Shown here: positions 1 through 17,183 of the stretch, piece by piece
Layout: the number at the start of each line of letters is the position of its first letter
Position numbering within the stretch: the stretch's first letter is position 1
Assembly: GCA_012295275.1 (NCBI GenBank)
Contig: CM022667.1
Location: 8,246,001 to 8,310,000 of the forward strand
DNA from: Chrysomallon squamiferum
Lineage: Eukaryota; Animalia; Mollusca
Direction: 5' to 3'
Length of the DNA: 64,000 nucleotides
Program-made: the position numbers and the translations under genes
The notes under the pieces: model-generated
What the model saw: the letters and a program-made list of their open reading frames with translations, nothing else
Told to the model about the DNA's origin: nothing
Database searches by the model: none

Positions 1-1628
1 GACAAAGAAATTTCTGACAGCATTACACAAAAATAAATTTTCAAAAACAATTTCATTCATTCATTTACAGTCTAACTTTAAAATTTTCACTTTTGGCACA
101 GTCATTATTTTAGCAGTGCCGTTCTTGCAGGTTTTACACTCACTGAGTCATTTGACATTGACTGTCCCACGTGCAATCTTAGAGTGATAATTATTTAAAT
201 CTTACTCTTTTAGTTTCATTCATCCCCAATGATTCCATTTACCATTCCATTCACACTATCTACAGTAGTAAGAGTTCTATTTCAATTTGGAAATAATTTT
301 ATGCCTTACAGAAATAATAATAACTACAGTAAGAGTAACAAGAAGAAAAGAAAAACAAATGGTTTAATTTGACAGTGTTTATTATACACATTATTTGATT
401 ATTTCATGAACTGAGAATCATAATTCAACAACAATATTTTGTGCAGTAAAGCTAAGACGCACAAAATATTTAAATATTTATTCTTTTAAATAATTTGTTC
501 TGTTTCTATAACAAACTTCTGTCTTTTTATACACAAAAAATTTAAACACTCTGATTTTACAATTTGACATGAAAGAATAATTAAATTTGAACAACCTGAT
601 AAATATCAAAACAGTTTATCTTACAAAATGCACTGCATTTATTCCACACAAATGTTACCTGATACTGAATCTACACAAAACAAATAAAATTAAAGATTGA
701 CAAGATCACACATATGACATGAATAATTCATGTCGCTGATGAAACTTTGAGTTTTTGTCTGCTAATACAGTGAATAAACCAACTGCCAGTGTGATGGTTT
801 TTATAAGAAATATAAATTTTAGTTTGTTTGTTTATAATGAAAAACCATCTAAACATGTCATTTATACACAGCAAATGGAAAAAAGTTCAAATAGTTTCTT
901 TCCCTACCCTGACCTCAAACACTAACAATGAAGTGATAGCTGATATAGTTTTAAAAAATAAAGTGTTTTATTAAATTACATATTTAATGTTTAGTCATGA
1001 TAAATTGGTAATAAACTTAATTTTTAAATTCAAACTTTGTTTAAATTTTATTTCTATTTTTTATAATATTGATTATTCAAATTGGCTATTGTGAAATGTA
1101 GTTACGTTATTCATAAACTAAAAAACTAAAATAACATTCCAGTGAATCACAAGACATGATTAGGCTAAACAACCCAGTTTATAATAGAGCCCTATGCATG
1201 AACAAAGGAAAATTTTTTTATTTTTTTATTTGATCTGCCTCATGTTGTGAAAACTGCATTCACATTAAGATGTTCAAGTATTAATTTTCTATAAATGAGT
1301 GAAACAAAGCCATCCTTTCAAAGCCTTTTACTACAGAACGTTTTTGTAAAACTTGCACCCTGCAGTATTAATCCAGTTTACATCACTATAACACGTCTTG
1401 TCCACATAATCCCTGTGTCATCTCTATTATATTACGGGAGCAAAGTACACATCATAATGTCAAATATTACATTACTGCCAAATGTATGTAATGAAACAAT
1501 ATTGTTACATTACACATCAAAATACTTAAAGAAAAAAACATCCAAGCACCTTATTTTTTTCTTTCCTTTTTTATTATTACAAATTTTTATTGAGAGGAGA
1601 GGTTAAATGATTAGAAAACTTGTGTATG

Positions 1629-4600
1629 CTATGTCATCTTTTTCTGCTGGTTGAACTCGGAGTGTTGCAGGGATCCGAGGATCGTGTCTCGCAGGTAGCT
1701 TGTTTTGCCAGTCCAATCAGCCAGTGCCATAGAGTTCCAGATGTAATGAGGGATCTAGGTATGACAAGAAAACATTATTTAAATTATACATAGAGTTCCA
1801 GATGTAATGAGGGATCTAGGTATGACAAGAAAACATTATTTAAATTATACATAGAGTTCCAGATGTAATGAGGGATCTATGTATCACAAGAAAACATTAT
1901 TTAAATTATACATAGAGTTCCAGATGTAATGAGGGATCTAGGTATGACAAGAACACATTATTTAAATTATACATAGAATTACAGATGTAATGAGGGATCT
2001 ATGTATCACAAGAAAACATTATTTAAATTATACATAGAGTTCCAGATGTAATGAGGTATCTATGTATGACAACAAAACAGTATTCAAGTTATACATGGAG
2101 TTATAAAATACAACTGACAGGACTATTATAAAATATTTCAAGATGATCTCTGAAATTTCAAATCAAGTCTTCATCCCTCTAATTATAGCACATTGTAAAA
2201 ACAGCCTCACTGATACGTAAGCATTGCCCCAATAAAACCCACCGAGAGTATCACCATTAATTACAATCTTATATTAGAATAACTAATTAACAAAATGGCT
2301 GCCATAAATACAATTTTCTAGGAAAGATAGGTAATGGTAAAAACATCCATTTTGAACATATTAAATATTTCTTTCATACTGCACCCAAAAAGTGGGTAAA
2401 CAGTAACGTGTTTGTATTTAGATAATGAACCCTATTTCTCCTCTGTATGCTTCTTATAAATAATGTCTGATCTAACTCTATAAACTGATTTATAATAAAC
2501 AGAATTAATAAAACACATTATCATCTTCTGTTTTTTAAATATAAAATATTATGAATTACCTTTTTAATAAATATTTTGGTTTAATATTATTATATTATAT
2601 TTTTATTTTATTTTTTTTAAATTAACAGATATGTACAAACCTCCACAACCTTGTAACCCATAATTTCTAGGTGTCTGCGTCGGAGAATGTTATCTCCCTT
2701 GACTTGCCGACTGTTCAGACAGAAGTCTTTTTCAAATAAAACCACAACAGCAACTCTGCAACATGAAATTTTAAAAAGTATGTTAATATAAAATACAAAT
2801 CAAAATGATACTGGGAAACCATACAATGTGTTTGAGTGTTTGACAATGACAAAGAAGAAGAAAGCAAATAATAATAAATATTGAAAAATGTTGTTTTACA
2901 TTTAGAAATGCTAAAATAAAAACCTCAGTGCAGATAATTTAACATTACTGCATAATTTACTCATGAACCAGGCTTGTATCTATGAGATGACACATCAAGT
3001 AGAAGATAATTTCCTTTAAAAACAACATTCCAGGATGGAGGAAATGTTTCATGTAACAAAAATGTTCAGATAGATCATGAGAGGTAACTTAATGTCACAA
3101 CACACAGGCTACTCTTTTTCATTTAGCAGCAAGGGATCCTTTATATGCACCTACCCACAGACTGGAAAACATATACAATAACCTTTGACAAACCAGCTGC
3201 AGACACTAGCTGGAATAGAAATAATCTAGAATATGCACTATGGTGACTAATCCCATAAATTCCCAAACTTCATCTACATACTCTGACCAGTGAGCTACTG
3301 CCTGCTCTCTCTGTGTAAACATTAGCAAATATCTCACATTAATGTCTGCCATCAGAAAACCAAGGAGCAGGTTTGTCATGTTGATAGAGGAGATAATGGT
3401 AAAAATGTCCATAAATTTAGAAATCCACAAAATGTGAATACTGTGTGTTATTTTCAAACTTTTCTTGCATGGGGTGTAATCCTAACACCCCATTCCATAT
3501 ATGTGACTAATAAATAATCCTTCATCTGTTCCTATTAAAATATCAAAATAGATATATCTAAAACTGTTTGTTGAATACAGGTGCTATATGAATGTTTTTA
3601 CACTTTTAATATTGTTATTAAATACATATATAAATATTATTTCTCTTATTAAATACATGATATCAGTGTTACTGCACATATCTAATATCAGTGTTATTGC
3701 ACATATCTAATAACCACATATATAAATATTATTAGACATATCTGATACCTCTGGTTTTGTATCTGCTGAGCTGAGAGAGATGTTGTCTGTGTGAAGGTTA
3801 TCAAGCGTCCCTCGGGGCTGAGAAGAGAACTTGTTTGAGGGTAGGGCATTGGCCGACCATCTGAATCCAGCAGACACTCAAAATCTGAATCAAATCAATT
3901 TACAATTAGAACAACATGTAAGCATTAACAGCATTATTAAATTACATCAAAAATTATTCAATAAAATTTTAATCCCTTTTGTGATGTTGAAAATGGTGAT
4001 ATGGCTTGTAACTATATATGGAGAAAACGATGAAGTGATTTGTAAATAACCATGGAAAAAATGGTGATATGGCTTGTAACTGTTACTATATATGGAGAAA
4101 ACGATGAGGTGATTTGTAAATAACCATGGAAAAAATGGTGATATGGCTTGTAAATATCTGTGAAAGAAACGGTGATATGCCTTGACAATATCCATGGAGA
4201 AAATGGTGACATAGTTTGTACATATCCATGAGGAAACAGTGTTATGTTTTGTAAACATCTGTGGAGAAAAGTGTGATATGATTTGTAAACATGAAAGAAA
4301 TGGTGATGTAGTTTCTCTACATCTATGTTTAAAATGGTTGTATGTAATCACAGAAAATATGACTGTATGAATACCAAGAAACAAAACATTAAATCTGAAA
4401 ATGGTGGTATGGTTTGTAAACACTTATTCTGTAAATGTTGGAATGGTTTGTAAATATTAATTCTGAACATGGTTCTGTGGTAATGTAAACACAGAAAACG
4501 GTAGTATTTAAAGATGGTATGGTTTTGTTTGTAAACACTCACGGATAAAATGGTGGTATGGTGTGAAAACTGAACTCTCGAAGTAAGCAGATCCACCAAG

Positions 4601-7600
4601 AACATCCTTCAGTGCATCTTCAACCTGCATCAGCAGCTTGGTGGAACTCCTCAACATAGCTACAACACCAACAACACATTTATTTGTATTACACATCTAC
4701 ATTCTAACATTAACACTTTTCTCAACTACAGAATATACACAATATCAATGAACAAGTATGTTTTTAATAAAAGCATTTTTAAAGATGAATTATAGTGAAT
4801 CAGTAAAAACATATTAAGAAATGAAATGTAATAAATATTTCTTACACAATATTATTTTTTGATTACAATCAGAAACACTTGATAATTTTAACAAAACAAA
4901 AACCTATGATTTAAAAACTTTTAAACAATATTACGTGTTGGTTTCACGGTTGAACAGTAATCTTCATGGAACCAAGGGATGTCGAGATGTGGGTATTCGA
5001 GAACCACGCAGCGATTCAAGCGGAAAAACAGATCTTCCAGGAAATCTCTCACCTCTGGCTTAGCTGAAATGTTCAGTCAAAACAAAAACAAATCAAACTT
5101 TTAAAAAAACAAATTACCTTAAGTAAGTATAAACCCTCTGCCATTTTCACCTGCTAGACAGATTTTAACAAAGTAAATTAAATTTCTGTTAATATTTTCC
5201 CAGTGGAGATATTACTCATGACAAAACCCCTGAACTGTGCCTAGTTATTTGCTTTGTTGATATGAAAGAATAACAGCTGTCATTTCTAGATAAACACCAA
5301 AGTATCTTTTACATAAATTTAAATCTGTTTTTATTATAGGCATGAAAAAACAGAACATTGATTAAAAATGTTTTTTTTTAAAATAAATTAAAAAATATAG
5401 TTGGATTGGAAATACACAAAGAATTCAGTAAAACAAATACAAATTTTGTTTAAGCAGTAACAGTAGTTATAGCAGTCACAGTTAGAATGGGAATTTTATT
5501 TCACAAAAATCTTATCAAAATCAAGAACTGTTTATGTAAAAAATACCCTTAACCACTGATGATAAATCAATGCTCAGATGGAAAAAAATCATTTTAAGAA
5601 CTCAACAAATCAAAGACAACAAACCAGTGATAAACTGAAGTCAGAATGGGAAACTATGTTAAGGAGCACAACGAACCTTCAAACAGTTTGTCGACTTTCT
5701 CAAGGTAGTCAACAGTGAAGACGTGGGTGAGGATGCTGTCAGGACAGATCTGCAGACAACACAGGTGATAAACATACTGCATCTCTGCCACAATGTCACT
5801 GTCCTTGTCTTCGAATGACGTCTCCAGTTTGTCGTGACAGCACTGACTGAGCTCATCCAGGCGACTGGGACAGTATCGTCGTTTGGGAGATGGCGGAGAT
5901 GAAGTTTGCCAGATCCTGGAAACTCACTTCGTCCTTGTTCTCCACTATGAAGTCTGTGATGTTTTCAAAAACCTCAGGTGCGTAGTAGACCATTGAGTTC
6001 AAAAGCTGAAAAATACATGTTTTAAAAAGAAAAAGAAAATGAAAAACTTAATTTTGAAATCATTGTGTACAGAATCAGAGAAAAAGGTTGTGTTAAAAAG
6101 CTTATAAATAACAACAGCATGAACAAATAACTTCTTCATTGGAGAGGTGATTTATAAAAACATCTATTGGCTACAATCTGAAAAGGGGCAGAAGTAAATG
6201 AAACTCGGATATGGTACACGTTACTCAGATTTTGTTTGTGTTATAACTCACTGTATTCTGAATGTTTAAGCTGTCATCATAGACAGTTAATAGATTAATA
6301 ATAATAACTGTTATAACAACACCAATAATAAATAATTGTTAGATATTTATTTTGAAAATAATACTGTTACAAATAAAATTTAAAAAACCCCACAAAAATA
6401 TAAAAAAATATAACAAAAATAAAAATCAGCTTGTAAATAAAAAATAGATAGACAGAAGTCAGAAGGAAAGACATCTGACATGGCTAATATATTTGTGTTT
6501 TTGGTTAAAAAATGGATTTAATAGTTGTACAAACTTGAACGACATCAGAAAATTCTGTCAAAGTCAAAGCTTTTGTCAGTCTGTGCATTTCTTGCATCAT
6601 CCTCTCCAAGAGCTGTGAATCTTTGCGCGAGTTTTTCAAGTAAAAAATGTTTATCTGCTGAATGAGACGTTCCAGACTCACAACGTTCTCTATCTGTCGT
6701 ATCATGCTTCTCTGCAGTGCCGTACGCAGCTCCAGGACCTAAAAATAACAACCAATCAAAATCAAGTGTCTAGTAACGCCTCAGTGTAATAATTATATTA
6801 GTGGCATATACAGGTAAATATATGAACATGTTAATAAATATACAGTTTAAATTAAAACATAACAAAAATAAAAAAATGTTGTCATCAAAATTAAAAATAT
6901 GGTCTAATAAATTTGTAAACTATACTGAAAATGTCAAAATATCTTTTATCTATATTTATTTACCTGGTGGTGTAGCTGTCTGTCCCATGGACGTTTCATG
7001 TGATTGAGTCCACTGAGGATGTTTTTGATGGCTGGAAGGTCACACTGAGGTATCACCACAAACAGTCTGTCCATCAGACACTGAGGAATGGCCTGTTTGA
7101 CATTGGGCAGAATGTACTGGGCGATCAGACTGACCACGTAGATCCTAACACCTTGCTGGACCTCAACCAGTTTCAACAACTTTTCGAAAAACACATTGTG
7201 AAATTCATCATTGTCATTCAACCGCGTGGACAGCAGGTTAATAATTTTGGTAAATCGGGAAATGAACTCGCACATGCTGTCAAAAACATCCAGTGTCTTC
7301 GCCTGCACTTTGACCATCAGCTCCTGGTTGTAGATGTTCGACTTCATCATAAACTCAGCCAGACTGGACAGGATGAGCACATCGGCGTTGTCAATGTGTT
7401 TCGACATAATCGAAATCAGTCGATGCTTCGTCTCGTTCGAAGACATTTTGTCAAAAGCTGGAACAAGGGCAACGAGATCTCTCACTTGAAGTTTGTCGCT
7501 GTTAAGTAACTCTAAGCACCTGTTCTGAAACACCGCAGCAAGGTCTCCTTTATACCGGTTCATCTGCCGCAGATACTGACAGTACAGGCCGATGTGTTTC

Positions 7601-8674
7601 TGAGGCACAGCCTCTGCCGTCTCCTGTATGTGAGCGAGGATGTGAGCACTGACCGAGTCCAGCAGCTTGGCCGATACTGACCACATCATTCGGTGTCTGT
7701 ATCGAATAAACGTCGTGATGAGGTCAGAATCGGATCGGAGGTCACTGCGTTCGAAAGCATCTAACAAGGTTTTTGCAATTGAGTCTGAGCCCGACTTGCT
7801 GATGTAGTAATTGAGATGAATGTGTGCAGTGAGGCTGTCCTGAAGAAACTCACTGTCCATCTTTTCACAGTCTCGCTTTTCATCCAGCAGAGTGAAGAAT
7901 CTCGCCGTCAGCTTCTCTATGATTGGTATACTTCTTGTTCTGAACGTCCTCAACACCTGAGTCATTGTTACTAGATTGTGAATACTCAGCTCGTGGCACA
8001 TATCAGAAACCCGATTGAAGAGGGAATGTATCAAGCTGTCTGTATGGTCAACTCCTATGTAGATTAATGACAGAAGAACAGGGGGATAATCCTCGCTTGG
8101 GATTTTGTCTAAATTGTCCTGCATGAATTTGTAGAAATGTCTAAAAGCTTCATTATTCTGGATTGGCGAAAAGCTACTTTCCACCAAGTTGTTCATGACA
8201 AGCTGCATGAATGCAATGGCTGTGTTGTCAGCATGTAGCCATGGTAAGCGAGATAGCTGTGTATAAGCTGCAGTCTCAAGGCTGGAAACAAAAATTTTAA
8301 CATCTTGGACACCAAAATTACCACTTTCCTGATCTCGCAGGTACTGTTTCAGACAGTCAGAGACTGCAGTGTTTGGGTTGTCACTAGAAGACATTTTATT
8401 TTCATTTCCAAATGATGAAAATGAAACTGAAGTTGATGAGAAAGTCACTGTAGATTGCGTTCTGTAAGCATGACAAGTAGGAGGTGTGGATTTTAGTTTC
8501 TTTCATGCAATAGCTGTGTGCATGTTGCTGACAAGACGCTGCAGAGAAGTCAGTGTGGAGATATTTATGGTAAACTAAGCAGAACGCTGGAAGTGTTCTC
8601 TGAAACACTGACATAGAGTGATGAAATGTTCCTTTCAGAAATCTCAAATGGGTTTGGCATATCATTATTTTCAT
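1629..8674 (-). CDS. FASTKD1: FAST kinase domain-containing protein 1 (mitochondrial RNA-binding protein with FAST_1, FAST_2 and RAP domains); two apparent +1 frameshifts in this sequence
   Basis: Hand-spliced GT-AG coding exons on the minus strand: 8674-6964, 6738-6535, 6005-5677, 5063-4935, 4659-4543, 3884-3749, 2755-2641, 1754-1629 (TAG). Motifs LNRCVVLEYPHLDIPWFHEDYC, LKDVLGGSAYFESSVFTPYHHFIHFECLLD, RRRHLEIMGYKVVEIPHYIWNSMAL match the FASTKD1 C-terminus as I recall it. The frame breaks at about 8500 and about 5886. The start codon is uncertain. Confidence 0.88.
1728..2102. repeat. 61-bp tandem repeat, about 6 copies, spanning the last intron/exon junction of FASTKD1
   Basis: Unit CATAGAGTTCCAGATGTAATGAGGGATCTAGGTATGACAAGAAAACATTATTTAAATTATA repeats with a period of 61. 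Confidence 0.95.
3075..3308 (-). mobile_element. Degenerate tRNA-derived SINE-like fragment in a FASTKD1 intron
   Basis: The minus strand begins GAGCAGGCAGTAGCTCACTGGTCAGAG (A-box-like). The body GGCTACTCTTTTTCATTTAGCAGCAAGGGATCCTTTATATGCACC..CCCACAGAC resembles an abundant gastropod SINE body as I recall it; not verified by search. Confidence 0.55.
3985..4570. repeat. Degenerate tandem repeat of about 31-36 bp abutting the donor end of FASTKD1 exon 4659-4543
   Basis: Recurring AAATGGTGATATGG(C/T)TTGTAAA(T/C)A..TGGAGA; the last copy is the exon end plus the donor site. Confidence 0.8.
6964..8502 (-). CDS. FASTKD1: Large exon of FASTKD1 (N-terminal helical-repeat region)
   Basis: 500-aa ORF in the track; the frame is open from 8502 and ends at the donor CAG|GTAAAT at 6964/6963, in phase with the next exon VLELRTALQRSMIRQ. 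Confidence 0.85.
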
Positions 8675-9100
8675 TTTAACAATATGCTGTACTAATCTAA
8701 ATTATATATAAAATGTATCACAGCTTTTTAAAACGTTGGCTGTCTTCATTACACTTGCATAGACGATGTGAAATACATTAGGAACCTGCAATAATAATGA
8801 TAATAAAAGCTATATTATTATAGAAATGTTACAGTTGTCTAATCAGACTAGTTAAAAAAAAAATTTAAATTATCACATTTGCAAATGTAAAATAACATGA
8901 AAGTTTAAATAAAAAAATATAACAATGAGTGTTCAATAAAAATAACTTCCATTATTCGATATTTAAAATATTCTGTGCAAAACAAGTACTGCAATAACAT
9001 TGGTGTTTACGAATACTCGAATAGTAAATAAATAGTTCAAGAGGTATTCACCGTATTGATATCTGTATTTAATAATTGTTATCAATTACAATATGTATAC

Positions 9101-9262
9101 CTATTGTGCAGAACTGCATTTGAATATTACTCTGTTCCATAAAATAAAAGAAAACGTAAAATGACAGACAAGAACATAACTTTTTGGTTTAAGGCAAGTT
9201 AGCCTCAAAGTCAACCGGCATGACTTGTTCTGAAGCTCAGTGTAGAGTTATCACCCTTAGCA
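9101..9262. promoter_or_regulatory. Compact bidirectional promoter and 5' ends of FASTKD1 and MRPL38
   Basis: Candidate non-coding first exon of FASTKD1 with donor AG|GTATAC at 9101/9100 (acceptor TGCAG| at 8786/8785). The MRPL38 ATG is at 9263 on the opposite strand. Confidence 0.55.
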
Positions 9263-13387
<4,125 letters not shown>

Positions 13388-14344
13388 TTATAAAGAATTA
13401 CTGCTAGGTGTAAATTATATATAATTTTGTAGATGAAACAAAGTTAAATGAGGGGAAAAAAAACCTGTTGAAACAATTTAATCTAGCAATTTGTTTGTAT
13501 CTACGTTGGTACTTTGAGAAAACAAAAAATTTCAAGTACAAAAATGAAGTGTGTATTTATTGTTATAAAAATGTATATATAATCATCTAACACCATTTTG
13601 AGAACAAACAAGAATTACAGAAATAGTAATAAAATTGTCTTTTCTTTTGTGTTGTGTTGTTATTCTCTAATCTTCAGCTCATTTTTTTTTCCCCTGTAAA
13701 AAGAGAATGTTTTCATTTGTCTGAAAACTTATTTCAAATAACAGTTGTGCAACAGCTTTTGCAGGATTTTTTCTTGATGATGATGAAACTTGTGGAAAAA
13801 GGAAAAGGTTTCACTTTCCTTTTATAAAAATCATTACAATTACTATATTTATATATTTTTAATAATTAATTTGAAATAGTTATTACTTAATTACTCTTTT
13901 AGAACCAAACACTTTTTTTGTTGTTTTTATTTTGTTTTTATTTTTATTTTTTTTGGTTTTATTTGCTTAAAGTAGCAATGTATGTAAATTATACTAATGC
14001 TGATTTCAGTGACCAAGCATAAAACACACACAAACATAATAGTTGCATTGTTACAGTTGTCATTCTTAATCATTAAAATAAACAAGTAAATATGTTGGGA
14101 ACTGAGTGTTGGTACTTTATTTATCTGGGGAGTGGGGGTCTGGCTGTCTTTTGGCTGTAGTTTTCCTTAGTTCATAAAAGTCATCAAATATTTCCCTGAT
14201 TAGACTGCGAAGTATCATAATAATGTTGGGATGTACCAGGATTTAGAAAAAGGTGAAGGCATAATATGATTTATGATTATGGTATGTATAAAAGCAGGTT
14301 GGGTTATATATATATATAATTTGTTTTTCTTTTTCTTTCTTTCC

Positions 14345-14376
<32 letters not shown>

Positions 14377-16793
14377 AAAATGCTTTAAAGAAACGTAAAT
14401 TTGTCTAAATATATTCTACTTTATGTTTGCAGGCCACCATTAATTAATTAATTTATATAATAGGCGTATCAAATTAAAATAATATAAATTTGCAGGTAAT
14501 ACATTATGTATGGGAGACAACTCTTGCAAATTTCCTTTCTCAACTAAACGACTGATGCAATTGGCTCAAATATTGCAGAAGGCAGTCGATGACGTAGTAT
14601 GAATAAAATATACTGAAAGTAGTCCGGCTTCAGCTCAAAACAAACAAAAGAAAAATGAATAAATAAATAAATGTAGTATGTGTCATGAATAATAATAATA
14701 GTGAATAAATATAAGTTTATAGTTATAGAAAACAAACTGTTTTTGATTGTAAATGATTAGGTTTTAAAAATGTACTAAAAATGCTAATTTTGTTTTTATT
14801 CACTATTAAATGGTTAACGGTAATGGTGGTGTCCATGTTTGTACGACGAATATGTTTCCGACAATCGGGAATCGATGATTATTAACACATCCGTGATACA
14901 GCAATACTAATGATTAATCCACTCCTTAACATTTTAAAATATTTATTACAGGAACCCTAGAATGTCGTCATGTGTTACGTATGGCATAAAAACGTAAACA
15001 AAGTTTTACTTGGAAATCCCCCAATCCTAGTGAAATACCTTGGAAACACCTTTATTTTATTTTTATTTTTTTTAACAGGGAATTAATAATTTTTGCCAGT
15101 GCTTTATATACTATTTAATCAAATATTTGCTTGTGGCCATTTATTTATTTATTTATTATATTGTAACATAACTAGTTATTAAAAAAAGAAGCAACATCAA
15201 ATAAAATCGTAAAGTTTATTTTCACATAAACGTTATAAACAATAGCACGGTGTGTAATAAAATAAAGAGGTCAACGATACACGTGGTAACGCACACAATA
15301 CGTGCACTGACAGTTCAGTTAAAAACACCCATGCTGGGCTTTTCTACCAAAACATTAAATATGTTGTAATAAAATCAGCTAGAAACAGCTTAACTGTGGT
15401 AAATAATAAATTTTCGTAAATATGTCAGAAAAACTTCACTTACATCCTATACACCCATAGTTATTAAATTAATGTAGTATGTGTCTTACATTCTTCATTT
15501 AAATGCTCACAGAAACAAACTGTACAACTTACTTGGTGGTTTGTTTTGGGTATTTTTGAATTATTATTCAATTTCTTCCAAAGTAAATTATAATTTAAAT
15601 AGTAATCAATGATAGACAGAAAGATGGACGGATGGATAAGTGAAGTGAAAATAATCTGATAGTTCAGTGTAAATGTAAATAATTAGGTGGAATGAACAAT
15701 GTGGTCAATTTTTTTTTTTTTTTTTTTTTTTTTTAAATAGTCATTATCTGAAATGTACTTTCAGCTGAAAAACCCCATTACTTAAATATTTCTATAATGC
15801 CATGTTTGAAAAATGTATTGTCTTTTGTGGTCAAATCTATTGAAATAACATAATTTACAATTTTCTCATTATTAATTTAAAATTAAACTGAGAAACCATA
15901 CAAAGATAATGTAAATAGTTTATACTTTAAAAAGATCATCCAGACATTACATCGTCCATTTTGTTTATAACTGAACAGATTAGTGACAGTTCCGACACAA
16001 AGTGTGTTTAATTAACTGTTCTACATAATTAAGTTATTAATTTTTTGTAAAAACAATAAATAGCACTTTTTGCTGGAATAAATAAATAATCACATACATG
16101 TATGTATATATCAGATGCTCACTGAACGGTTTGGTTTATCAGAATACCAGCTGCTGACCTTCAGCAGAAATATATATATATATATATGCCAAAACTATAC
16201 ATCTTGTATGTCTTTTGTCAAACTGGTTAAGAAAAAGAAAGTTAAAAAAAACCTGATAACTTAAAATAACAAATGATAAAATATATAAATTAAAACAGGA
16301 ACTGAAGCTTACTGAAGACAGATCTACATACTGGAACTAAAAATGTTTATATGTACATACAGATTGTCATTAAAAACCTGGATTGCATTTTATTATTATT
16401 ACTTCTTTTTTTTTTAAACTAACTTTTGAAAAAAAAAAATTTCCTTCTAGATTTCAAATAACAAATAATGCTCAAAAATATAATATTTTAAACTTAAAAG
16501 ACAAATAAATAAATAAATAAATAAATATTATCATCGCAAGATTTTCTGTAACTGATCATGTCAGAAACACACTTGTAAATCTTTTATAAAAAAGATGGTT
16601 TATTTATTTAACTTATGTTTTAACATGTATACTAGAAAAGGTATTCAAAAACTGATTTGAAAACATTATCTTAAATTCCTTACAAAACCAATTTTCTCTT
16701 TGATGTTATGACAAAAGAATAGGACGATTTCTTTAGTACTTTTCACCAATACAACATTATAAAAATTTTTTTTTTTTTTGATATGACACAGAA

Positions 16794-17183
16794 TTATTTT
16801 TCTTCTTTAAAATATTTGTGGTCATTCTGTACAGAACTTTGACTGACGACACTGCAGTTGCCCTCGGCAACAGTCCCAGCATGAGCAAGGAAGAGGTCTT
16901 TGAGGACACTGAGTTCTTTCGAGAGGATCTGAACTTTCTGTTCCAGTGCCTCGTTTTCCTGTCGCAGTCTGTTCACCTTCTCCATCGTGTCCTTTGCCTT
17001 TTTACGACTTTTGTCTCTGCTCTTTCTGACAGCAACGTTGTTGCGGTCACGTCGCATTTTATACTCCTCGTCATTCTTGCTCGCTTTAGTCTTCTTGCGA
17101 CTGTGTTTGTGGTCATCTTCGCTGTCTGTGCCCTCCATCATGTAACTGTATCCACCTGGGCTGCCACTCTTACAAGGACCCAT
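16794..17183 (-). CDS. CEBPG: CCAAT/enhancer-binding protein gamma (short bZIP without a transactivation domain), 129 aa
   Basis: EEYKMRRDRNNVAVRKSRDKSRKKAKDTMEKVNRLRQENEALEQKVQILSKELSVLKDLFLAHAG, with the gamma-typical LSKELSVLKDLFL-HA end. Single coding exon, acceptor at 17258/17257, candidate upstream non-coding exon with donor TG|GTAAGA at 18479/18478. Confidence 0.93.
   Translation of the reverse strand: MGPCKSGSPGGYSYMMEGTDSEDDHKHSRKKTKASKNDEEYKMRRDRNNVAVRKSRDKSRKKAKDTMEKVNRLRQENEALEQKVQILSKELSVLKDLFLAHAGTVAEGNCSVVSQSSVQNDHKYFKEEK

Noticed and set aside
110-200. Possible terminal exon after TTCTTGCAG at 130
   Set aside because: The short peptides in every frame are unrecognisable and the upstream context is outside the window.
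1728-2102. Regular repeat array as a possible CRISPR
   Set aside because: Contiguous tandem units with no spacers; derived from an exon junction.
5920-5932. GAA|GTGAGT donor-like site as a way to bypass the FASTKD1 frameshift
   Set aside because: The in-phase acceptors nearby would delete conserved-looking FAST-domain sequence; a one-base indel is simpler.
7000-7509. Plus-strand 169-aa ORF, and similar antisense ORFs at 16818-17189, 19249-19593 and 19676-19924
   Set aside because: Antisense shadows of real coding exons.
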